Source: a virus. Taken from it: a stretch of DNA of 64,000 bases. Below, piece after piece: positions 55,992 through 64,000 of this stretch (position 1 is its first letter; the number at the start of each line of letters is the position of its first letter). The DNA is taken from the IMG/VR virus record IMGVR_UViG_3300003873_000003, positions 32,001 to 96,000 of that record; one strand, written 5' to 3'. Both the position numbers and the translations under genes were made by a program. The notes beneath the pieces were generated by a model. The model was not told where the DNA came from. It searched no databases and saw only the letters and a list, made by a program, of their open reading frames with translations.

Positions 55992-56288
55992 ATGCGTAAT
56001 CGAACTCGTAAGCCTGCAAAAGCTATCCGAGCCAAACGCACTTCAACGAACGTGAAGGCGGGAGCATTCGCTAACGAGAAAAAGCGTTCTAGGTATGGTG
56101 AAGATTGGTCTTCTAAGTGTAAAGCCAAGAAAGGCAAGTGTTCTGCTTGTGGTGCTGTAGGCAGGACGGAGAATCACCACATAGTACCTTTGTCTAGGGG
56201 TGGCTCTAACGCACCTATAAATCTGAAAGAACTGTGCCACAACTGCCATAGTAAGCAGCCTGGGCATCGCCACATAAAGAGGTGGTAA
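55992..56288 (+). CDS. HNH endonuclease
   Basis: CSACG...HHIVPLSRGGSN...NLKELCHNCH. Confidence 0.9.
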   Translation: MRNRTRKPAKAIRAKRTSTNVKAGAFANEKKRSRYGEDWSSKCKAKKGKCSACGAVGRTENHHIVPLSRGGSNAPINLKELCHNCHSKQPGHRHIKRW

Positions 56289-56306
56289 AATAAAGGAGAT
56301 GAAAAT

Positions 56307-57002
56307 ATGAAAGATAATGTTTACGAGGGTATTGCCTCCAAGTCTATCTTAAAGGTGGTCTCTAGCAAGATGTTGTCACCTACTTTAGCTCAAGTCACGT
56401 TTAACGTGTTCAGTGCTACTGATAAACAATCCATTCGTGCAGCCGTGGCGACTCACTTGAAGAACTTAGCCAAAGCAGTCGATGGTACTATGCGTGTTTA
56501 TGACGATAAGGGTACTACTTGCGCCCGTGTTATCGTAGAATCCTCTGCTAAACGTATGTCGTTGCGTGATGCAGAAGGCATGACCGTTGTTAGTGCTAAC
56601 GTTATGCGTGATAGTATGGATAACATCTGGAGTGTAGAAGGTAAGGGCGATTCAGCTACCATTGTACAACAAGGCACAGAGGATTTAGAATCAATCTTGC
56701 GCCAGCGTCAACGTACTACCGCCGCCGTTATCGAACCTACCCCAGCCATAGGTGACTTCGCCAAAGTGTTTGACATTGAAAGCCGCTGCTTGCGTTATGG
56801 TTTCTTAACGTCTGATGGCGTTTTGGACATTAAGACCCACAAAGAAGTAGCGTGTACTGCTGACCAAGTTATTGCATATCAGACTGATATTGCCAAACTG
56901 CCTGTATCCTCCAAAGAACGCTTGAAAGAATACATCCGTGTTTTGTACGGTAAAAACACTAAGTTCTTTGAGCGTGTTATTGAGCAAATCGACTCACTGT
57001 AA
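56307..57002 (+). CDS. putative virion/head protein
   Basis: AAGGAG RBS; head-module context. Confidence 0.5.
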   Translation: MKDNVYEGIASKSILKVVSSKMLSPTLAQVTFNVFSATDKQSIRAAVATHLKNLAKAVDGTMRVYDDKGTTCARVIVESSAKRMSLRDAEGMTVVSANVMRDSMDNIWSVEGKGDSATIVQQGTEDLESILRQRQRTTAAVIEPTPAIGDFAKVFDIESRCLRYGFLTSDGVLDIKTHKEVACTADQVIAYQTDIAKLPVSSKERLKEYIRVLYGKNTKFFERVIEQIDSL

Positions 57003-57083
57003 TGCAGGGGTGTTGTGCTGCACACCCTGTTAGCACAACACCTTGCGTTGTTTAGCAGTGAGTAAGAAACCAAAGGAGGGTTG

Positions 57084-57483
57084 TATGGACACTGCACACC
57101 CCAGAAATACTATCGGTGGCGTGCCTGTTGTTGAGACTACAGAGAGCGACTGTAACCAGTGTGCAGCACAGTGTTGTAAGTATGTCAGTTTCGAGGTTGA
57201 TATGCTCGATAGGGACTACATACGCTACCTGTACTACCAAGGTGCAACCGTTATAGCTACGACTGATAAAGATGCTTCCGTTATACTGCCTACGAAATGC
57301 GCTATGTTGGATGAGGCTACGAACCGTTGTATCGACTACGAGAACCGACCTAGTATTTGCAGGTCGCACACTTCACGCTCATGCGTGGATAATCCCCGTG
57401 AGACTGTTGACTATCGTTTAACAAGTTATGCGGAATATCTGAAATTTGTCGATTTATGCGAAGAACTTGCCCTTTTTTCTTAA
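57084..57483 (+). CDS. YkgJ/CxxCxxCC-family Cys-cluster protein (start at the MDTAH ATG near 57084; reading frame should be rechecked)
   Basis: CNQCAAQCC...CAML...CIDYENRPSICR. Confidence 0.8.
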
Positions 57484-57611
57484 AAAACTTGCATCATAGT
57501 GTTGACTTAACGAAAAAAGAGCGTAGCTTTTGTGTTAATTGATAGACGTGGCAAAAGCCACAAAATCAAGAAAAAACATGTCCCAGTGACATATAAAAGA
57601 GGAACTACCCA

Positions 57612-58442
57612 ATGACTAAAACAGAATTGTACGAAAAGGGCTTTATGTATCAAGAGGGCGACCGTGTGTTGGTAAACTGCAAAACTGCCGCTGCGCCTCG
57701 CTACTTCCTAGGTGTTGTCAGCAATCAGTATGGCAAGAAAGTTATGGTTAACTTTGATGACGGTGACCGCCGTGGTTTCTTGTTCGACCCTAAAGGTAAA
57801 GCGGGCATTATCGGTATCGCAAAAGGTACTAAAGCTAACCCTGATGAAGTTCCTGCTGAAAACGTAGCTAAGAGCCTTCGCAAGCTATCCGCTACTTTCT
57901 GGGCTCGCCGTGAAAAAGCCTGTGCCGCTGCCGAAGCTGCTGCAAAGGAAGAAGCACCTGCCAAGAAGAAAGCACCTGCCAAGAAAACTGCGGCTAAGAA
58001 AGCACCTGCCAAGAAAGCTCCAGCTAAATCTGCTACCAAGAAAACTGCTGCTAAGAAAGCACCTGCCAAGAAAGCTCCAGCTAAATCTGCTGCTAAGAAA
58101 GCACCTGCAAAAAAGGCTGCCGCTAAGAAAACTACTGCAAAGAAAGCCCCAGCTAAGAAAGAAACTGCTGCTGCTTCCTCTGATGTGTTCGGTCGTTTGA
58201 ATAAGTTGTTATCTTCTAAGGCTGTGTTGGAACCTTCTGTTACAGATGAGCAAGCTGAATCTTTTGCTTCACTGCGGGCGCGTGTGGAAAAGTACCAAAG
58301 CGGAAAAGTTACATCAGCCGCAACGAACCGCATGGTGCGTGCATTAGGTACATTCATTAAGTCATTCGAGGTGGACTCAACAAAGACAAAACGTATGTTA
58401 GCCGTTGTTTCCAGTACAAAAGAAGCTTTGGAAGCAAGCTGA
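57612..58442 (+). CDS. Tudor/SH3-like domain + histone H1-like Lys/Ala-rich protein
   Basis: YQEGDRVLVN...YFLGVV...VNFDDGD; many AKKAP/AAKK repeats at ~57950-58160. Confidence 0.8.
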   Translation: MTKTELYEKGFMYQEGDRVLVNCKTAAAPRYFLGVVSNQYGKKVMVNFDDGDRRGFLFDPKGKAGIIGIAKGTKANPDEVPAENVAKSLRKLSATFWARREKACAAAEAAAKEEAPAKKKAPAKKTAAKKAPAKKAPAKSATKKTAAKKAPAKKAPAKSAAKKAPAKKAAAKKTTAKKAPAKKETAAASSDVFGRLNKLLSSKAVLEPSVTDEQAESFASLRARVEKYQSGKVTSAATNRMVRALGTFIKSFEVDSTKTKRMLAVVSSTKEALEAS

Positions 58443-58523
58443 TACGAATAACGCCAGTATGATAATGGCGGATGTTGGAATAGGGACTCCTAACCGAGTC
58501 CCTATTACTATGGAGGGTACTGT

Positions 58524-59735
58524 ATGAGAACATTGTATGCTGCTGCACCCGCCCCTAAGATTGCTTATCAGGTGGGCGACCGTGTTGTAGTGAATAAAGG
58601 TACTGGTGATAAACCTGCATTTTATACTGGCGTTCTGACACGAAAGCTGGGAACTAAATTTGATGTAGAGATGGATATGGATGGCGAAGTGCTGCGTCTG
58701 CCAAACAACGGCTCTAAAGTCGGCTTGGTTGGCATATCCTACTCTGATACTGGGTTCAATAGGCAGCTCACTAAACGAGATGCAAATGTTGTTCGTGACC
58801 CTAAGTACGGTAAGCGTGCTTCTGAACGAACACATAAAATTTCCGTGAAACAGAAACCCCCTGTAAAAAGTAAAGGTGCTAAGTCTAGAGGTAAAGCACT
58901 TAGAAAACCACAAGTGCCTACTATGGGAACAAAAGAAGGTCTTGCCTTTGTACAAGGTCTTGCTCGTAGCATCGTCTATGACGGTGTTGCTAAGGACGAT
59001 GTTTTACGCAGCAATGAGGATGTGTTTTCCGCTAACCCCGAGTTCTACAGGACTTTGGACAGTTGGGTAAACGTGTTAAGCCGTGAGAAAGAAGCACAAG
59101 CGAACAACCATTTTGGTCGTGGTGGTGACCATAAAACTCGTAAAGAGCGTGGTGAAGTGCCTGATACCAACAAATCACCTTCTTCTCGTAAGAAGCGTGC
59201 GGATAGTTCGGAGAAGCTATCTGCTAAGGATTTTGCCAAGGCTACACGAGCTTTGGGTAAGAAGGGACTTGCTGTGGCAGAGGTGAAAACTTCATCGACT
59301 GTGCGTGATATTATGGAAGCTATTGAGCTGGAGTATCCTAAGACATTCAAAGCCAACCCTAAACTAAGGGATAGTGTGCGTCTGCACATAAAGAAAGGCT
59401 TGGACTCTGTTAAGGATAGCCGTAGTGATAAAGATAGCTTCATTGATAGACTATCAACTGATATAGCGTTCAACGGTAAATCTTTGGATTCTATGCTAGA
59501 GTTGTATGCACCGAGGTTCGATGCTGACCCTGATTTGATACATCAGCTTGAAGTGGCTATTCGTGATAAGCAATCTTCTGGGGAACTATCTGAGGGTTTG
59601 ACACCTGACGACATCTTCTCGGAAGACACTAGCGAGTTTGATGCACCTCCAGAAGATGTATTCGACTACTTGGATGAGTTCAGCTCTCCTACTTCTTTCG
59701 ACTTGGGGGATAACTTCGATGACTTCTACAGGTAG
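58524..59735 (+). CDS. Tudor/SH3-like domain protein, probable internal head protein
   Basis: YQVGDRVVVN...FYTGVL...VEMD...GLVGI; basic middle, acidic C-terminus. Confidence 0.65.
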   Translation: MRTLYAAAPAPKIAYQVGDRVVVNKGTGDKPAFYTGVLTRKLGTKFDVEMDMDGEVLRLPNNGSKVGLVGISYSDTGFNRQLTKRDANVVRDPKYGKRASERTHKISVKQKPPVKSKGAKSRGKALRKPQVPTMGTKEGLAFVQGLARSIVYDGVAKDDVLRSNEDVFSANPEFYRTLDSWVNVLSREKEAQANNHFGRGGDHKTRKERGEVPDTNKSPSSRKKRADSSEKLSAKDFAKATRALGKKGLAVAEVKTSSTVRDIMEAIELEYPKTFKANPKLRDSVRLHIKKGLDSVKDSRSDKDSFIDRLSTDIAFNGKSLDSMLELYAPRFDADPDLIHQLEVAIRDKQSSGELSEGLTPDDIFSEDTSEFDAPPEDVFDYLDEFSSPTSFDLGDNFDDFYR

Positions 59736-59736
59736 A

Positions 59737-60432
59737 ATGCGTGTTTACAGTAATGCTGTTGGTGGGACTCCAATAGAGTCTTTCTCTCGTAACAAGGTGA
59801 CAGCTTCCGCCTCGCAAGCATTGCAGACAAAGGCGTGGTTGCCGTTCGCCTCTGAACCGTACCACATAAGCCCCAATATCGAGGATTATGTGGTAACACC
59901 TGTTACGATTTTCCCTGCCGAACTTCCTAACCGCAACGGTGTTGGTTTCTCTTACGAGGAACTGACTAAGTTCAATCCTAACTTGGGGCAAATTGCCTAC
60001 AAGACATGGATTGGGAAACCCTTGTTCTCGGAGCATGATAACGAGGACATCGTTCGAGCTAAGGGTGTAATCTTGGATAGTGTGATGACATGTGTTGGCA
60101 AGAACAAGACATGGGTCGTTACATTGTTGTCTGCGTGGGATAGGACAAAAGACCCCGTGCTTGTAAACGACATCCTAACCCGACCTGACAGTGCTTACAG
60201 TATGGGTTCTTATACCTCTGACTTGTCTTGCAGTTACTGTGGGGCTACAGTTAAAGGTGATGGAGGCTGTAGCCACATTGACGCTAAGAAACCGCAAATG
60301 AAGATAATTGACGGTAAGCTTGTGTACCTGATGGCTGTAGGCGTTGAAGGGTTTGAGTTATCTAAGGTAGCTACCCCTGCATTCGTTGACGCTGTTACAC
60401 CGCAAAACCTTGCTATCAAGCTGTGGGACTAG
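59737..60432 (+). CDS. prohead protease
   Basis: PNRNGVGF, GKPLFSEH, GVILD, YSMG, ELSKVATPAF. Confidence 0.8.
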   Translation: MRVYSNAVGGTPIESFSRNKVTASASQALQTKAWLPFASEPYHISPNIEDYVVTPVTIFPAELPNRNGVGFSYEELTKFNPNLGQIAYKTWIGKPLFSEHDNEDIVRAKGVILDSVMTCVGKNKTWVVTLLSAWDRTKDPVLVNDILTRPDSAYSMGSYTSDLSCSYCGATVKGDGGCSHIDAKKPQMKIIDGKLVYLMAVGVEGFELSKVATPAFVDAVTPQNLAIKLWD

Positions 60433-60567
60433 GCTGATACAGAAACGATTTATATACGATACTTCCAATAGCTTCGGCTTCAAATCCTGTAACAAGGCTT
60501 TGTCGCACTCTAATTCGATACAACCCGTAAAGATGAATAAACGGGACGTTATATAAGGAGATTTAAT

Positions 60568-62103
60568 ATGTTGAATATTATTGCACGCTTGGAAGCTATT
60601 GAAGCTACCCTAGCAGGTAACATGCCTAAGTTCAAACTCAGAGACCGTGTTGTCGTAAATATGGGGGAATCCTTCGAGAAACCTCGCTACATGTTGGCTA
60701 CTATCACTGCCTTAGCCCCTTCTCAGGAGGCTTTTAAGGTTACATTGGATAGCGGCGAAAAAGACATCGTTGTAAAATATGCTCATGAGAACCGCAGGGA
60801 TGCGTTGTCTGATATGCCTATGTTCATCGGTATGGCTGCTGCTGAATATGCTGGCAGCAAGCAAAAGAAAGCTGTTCATCGTAAGGCACCTATTCGTAAA
60901 CACTTGATTCACAACTACGTTAATGGCGTGCCTTTGGACTCCAAATCTGGTAAGGGTGTACCTGCTTGGGGTAGCATCCCTGTTAAACGTGCTGGTGATT
61001 CTGCTGAAGACACATCAACTCGTTCTCGTTCTTCCTCCCCAGCTAAGACTCGTCCTAGTGGATTGGCTTTGCGTTCTCGTGTTTTGGTTGACTACCATGC
61101 ACATTCAGAAGACGAAGGGGCTCACCCTGAATTGATGTTGGGTACTATTGTCGGGTTCCGCAACGGCATGGCTACTGTGAGCTTCGATTATGACCCTACT
61201 GAAAAACGCAAGTATAAAGAAGAAATCAGTGTTGATTCAGGTATCTTGGCTGTCTTGCCTGACGATACTGAAATTGACGACCGTATCCTTACTCGTTCCC
61301 AAGCTCGTGCTTATTCTAAGGGCGTTGAATTACCTGCTGCACCTGCTCGTGATGACTCATTTGAACCCGACCCTGAAATCAAACGTGGTGAGATTGTCGT
61401 AGGTAACTACACCGCCAACATGAAGGTTGAAGGCAAGCCTTACGGTGACCGTTACTACTTAGGTAAGGTTATTAAAGTAAGCTTGGGTCGTGCTTATGTT
61501 CAATACAATGATGGAAGCCGTGGTAACTACCCAGCTAAGTTCTCTCAAAAGGGTATTGTCGGTATTGTAACTAAAGGTGCGGATGCTGAAACACGCAAGA
61601 CAAGTATCGCCCCTAACAAACTTGACACTTACTTGGATGATGAGTTCTTGTTTGACTTAGGTAAATACCACATGCTATCTAAGGGTGATGTTTCCTCTCA
61701 TTACACAGGTGAGCATAACGGTAAGAGTCCTTGGGCTCCTGGAGGCGCACGCCGACCTGCAACACGTAAGCCTGCTGCTGAAAAACCTGCAACACGCCGC
61801 CGTAAAGCAGCACCTAAGCCTAAGCCTAAGACAATCGCCGACATTGAAACTAAAGCTAAGTATAAGGCTAAAGACCGCATCGTAGCAGAGTTCCCAGATG
61901 AAGACGGCAACGTTATGTACTACTTGGGTGTTGTAACACGGGCTTCTGGGGATACAGTAAATGCTGTCTTCGATGACACCGACAAGTATACTTTCCCTAA
62001 CGAAACTGTTAGCCCTGGGGAGTTTGGTATCTTGGGATTATCTACTCATGAAGAACACCACGATGAGCCTATCTCTAAAGATGACATCGGTGATTTCATC
62101 TAA
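60568..62103 (+). CDS. protein with four Tudor/SH3-like repeats
   Basis: DRVVVN..YMLATI, SRVLVD..MLGTI, EIVVGN..YYLGKV, DRIVAE..YYLGVV; three of the four end in a GI[LV] motif. Confidence 0.75.
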   Translation: MLNIIARLEAIEATLAGNMPKFKLRDRVVVNMGESFEKPRYMLATITALAPSQEAFKVTLDSGEKDIVVKYAHENRRDALSDMPMFIGMAAAEYAGSKQKKAVHRKAPIRKHLIHNYVNGVPLDSKSGKGVPAWGSIPVKRAGDSAEDTSTRSRSSSPAKTRPSGLALRSRVLVDYHAHSEDEGAHPELMLGTIVGFRNGMATVSFDYDPTEKRKYKEEISVDSGILAVLPDDTEIDDRILTRSQARAYSKGVELPAAPARDDSFEPDPEIKRGEIVVGNYTANMKVEGKPYGDRYYLGKVIKVSLGRAYVQYNDGSRGNYPAKFSQKGIVGIVTKGADAETRKTSIAPNKLDTYLDDEFLFDLGKYHMLSKGDVSSHYTGEHNGKSPWAPGGARRPATRKPAAEKPATRRRKAAPKPKPKTIADIETKAKYKAKDRIVAEFPDEDGNVMYYLGVVTRASGDTVNAVFDDTDKYTFPNETVSPGEFGILGLSTHEEHHDEPISKDDIGDFI

Positions 62104-62188
62104 CCAAAGATTTACGGGTAACCCCGTTAACTAGACTTATGATGCGCATGAGTTGGTATGACTCATGCGCACGAAAGGAGACCCTATC

Positions 62189-63379
62189 ATGCTTAAAAAG
62201 ATTACAGCGAGTGTATTGGGTGATACACCTGTGATTGCTTCAAGCTTGGCGCCACTGCATGAGTGCATCTGTAGTTCGTGTGGTACTAAGGTCATTGCCT
62301 CCGTTGGTGAGTCGAATCCTCACTGCGTTGTCTGTGCGGCTGCTACTGTTCCACTATCAGAGTGCGACCCTAGTTTTGACCGAGCCTCCCTAGTTCACTT
62401 GGCTAAGTGTTCTTGTGGTGCCGACTTGAGCATCAGTAAAGAGTTTGATTCTAATCTTACTGCTAAATTGAAGTCTAAGCTGCATTGCATTGAATGCGGA
62501 GCGGCTATGGACTTCGAGGATGAAGGTGATTACGAAGAGGACAATGCCGTGCAGGAAGAAGAACCCATTGACTTGGACGACCCTGCCCTTGACTTAGACC
62601 CTCACAGCGAGCCTACGGTTAAGAAGCACGAACCACAGTTACAGTACCCAGATGGTGCTGAAACCGAAGATGAAGCCATCAACAACATCAAAGAGACCAT
62701 CGAAGATACAACCCCAATGGATTCTTCCATTACAGCGGCGTTCGATGGTAAGCAATACGCTATCTTCAAAGGCTCTAAGGTAATCGCTACCATTGCCAAA
62801 GATGATGTGAGCGAAAGTGTTGCTAAGGTATTCGGGACTCGTTCTTTCTTACCTGCCTTGCAAGCTGCTATCCAAGCAAACCGCACAGAAGGCTATGGCT
62901 TGAAAAAAGTATCTGTTGTTCTTGATGATTCCCACATCAACAAGAAAATCGAAGCTGCTGTTGCCAAAGAGAAAGAAGACATGCGAGCTAATTTTGAACA
63001 AGCGATGTCTATTGCTGCCGCAGGGCAAGTTAAAGGCATGTTCAAAGCCCCTTTGTTTGACGCTATGGAAAAAGAGCTTACTGCGTTAGGCGTGGCTAAT
63101 GCCGCAAGTATCGTAAGTCGCCTTGTAGCAACTGCGGGTCCTAGCCAAATGGATATTCTCGTCAATGAGGCTACTCACTTGTTAGACTCAAGTAAAGATG
63201 AACGTAATACACTAGCTAAGAAGCTCCTACGCACTACTACAGAAGCTTCTGTTTCCAATGATGTGGCTACTCCAGCACCTGCACAACGCATTGACCGTGT
63301 TGTAAGCAAGAGCAATGCGCCACACACCGAAGCACCAATAAAGAAGTTTGGAACTTTGTTCCCAACAACCCCAGTATAA
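62189..63379 (+). CDS. scaffold/prohead core-like protein with Zn ribbons
   Basis: CSSCG, CVVC, CSCG, CIECG, acidic linker, coiled coil; position between the protease and a capsid-associated gene. Confidence 0.55.
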   Translation: MLKKITASVLGDTPVIASSLAPLHECICSSCGTKVIASVGESNPHCVVCAAATVPLSECDPSFDRASLVHLAKCSCGADLSISKEFDSNLTAKLKSKLHCIECGAAMDFEDEGDYEEDNAVQEEEPIDLDDPALDLDPHSEPTVKKHEPQLQYPDGAETEDEAINNIKETIEDTTPMDSSITAAFDGKQYAIFKGSKVIATIAKDDVSESVAKVFGTRSFLPALQAAIQANRTEGYGLKKVSVVLDDSHINKKIEAAVAKEKEDMRANFEQAMSIAAAGQVKGMFKAPLFDAMEKELTALGVANAASIVSRLVATAGPSQMDILVNEATHLLDSSKDERNTLAKKLLRTTTEASVSNDVATPAPAQRIDRVVSKSNAPHTEAPIKKFGTLFPTTPV

Positions 63380-63394
63380 AGGAGGCATTCTTAA

Positions 63395-64000
63395 ATGCTT
63401 TATCATCTTAAAACACAAATCGTAAATTCTTCCGAAGTTGCTGTTGACCCAGCTGCTTCCATTACCACAGAAGGTATGGCTTTGGTTAGCAACCTCATCA
63501 ACGGTATTCAGCATGTATCACCTTCTACAGGTGTTGCGGGCGAACAATTCGCAGGGTTCAGCTATGGTGAAACAGTTATCCCTAATACTGCACCTGCTGT
63601 ATTCTCTGCTATCGCCGCTGCTACACAAGTATTGCCCCATGCACCTGTAGGCGGTACTCAAGTACGTATTACAGCTAACGGTACTCCATTGACCGCTGCT
63701 GCTGCCCCAGCTGGTGGTGGTGCTGCTACTGCTGCGGCAGGTACTTTCGTACTTGCAGGTCAAACATTGACCTTGAATGCTGCCGAAGTGGGTCAAACTC
63801 TTGTTGTTACTTATCGTTACGCTTTGACCGCACAACAAGCTCAAATGTTGTATGGCGATGGCGTTGTTGGTCAATCTGCCGCTGCTTTGTTGCACTCTAC
63901 TGGTGTCATCAAACAAGGTACAGTTTATACTGACCAATACGATGTAACTGCTGACTATACTGCTGGCGCACAACTACGCTTGGCTCCTAATGGCATGATT
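63395..64000 (+). CDS. virion structural protein, probable capsid decoration/cement protein (3' truncated; not in the ORF track)
   Basis: AAGGAGG RBS; open to the window end: MLYHLKTQIVNSSEVAVDP...EGMALV...STGVAGEQFAGF...TYRY...VYTDQYD; A/G/T-rich. Confidence 0.65.
   Translation, partial: MLYHLKTQIVNSSEVAVDPAASITTEGMALVSNLINGIQHVSPSTGVAGEQFAGFSYGETVIPNTAPAVFSAIAAATQVLPHAPVGGTQVRITANGTPLTAAAAPAGGGAATAAAGTFVLAGQTLTLNAAEVGQTLVVTYRYALTAQQAQMLYGDGVVGQSAAALLHSTGVIKQGTVYTDQYDVTADYTAGAQLRLAPNGMI

Noticed and set aside
55992-56288. HNH as a mobile homing endonuclease or intron
   Set aside because: Short stand-alone HNH in the head module that interrupts no gene; more like a packaging-associated HNH
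57725-58357. 210-aa antisense ORF with AGAFLA repeats
   Set aside because: Reverse complement of the AKKAP repeats of the H1-like gene
1-64000. tRNA/rRNA genes, integrase, transposase, stop-codon reassignment
   Set aside because: None recognised by eye; conserved genes read intact in the standard code and end in TAA, TAG or TGA

Overview
This window is part of a large tailed dsDNA phage genome, probably a jumbo myovirus; its gene set recalls RSL1/Lu11/PaBG-type phages (inference). Genes run on the - strand up to ~32.8 kb and mostly on the + strand after that. Replication and recombination genes: probable DNA polymerase N-terminus, SNF2 and Dda-like helicases, DnaX clamp loader, SbcC/SbcD, RecA, primase, SSB, RuvC, Cas4-like nuclease, dUTPase and a nucleotide kinase. 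It also encodes a sigma factor and a head module (portal, protease, scaffold-like, decoration-like, HNH). The main candidate for a new system is a tightly packed operon at 1.6-9.1 kb: ArcS-like, QueC, a divergent second QueC, PurD-like ATP-grasp ligase, SAM methyltransferase, lysine 2,3-aminomutase and GNAT. With the DpdA/TGT-like transglycosylase at 43.6 kb, it suggests a lysine/beta-lysine-decorated 7-deazaguanine DNA hypermodification that I do not recognise as described. Other signals are six Tudor-like repeats in three head-region proteins (one with a histone H1-like tail), a TV-Pol-like family A polymerase beside a strand-composition switch, two recurrent promoter-like motifs, and hairpins sharing a TAACC loop. 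All calls come from motifs recognised by eye; no searches were run.
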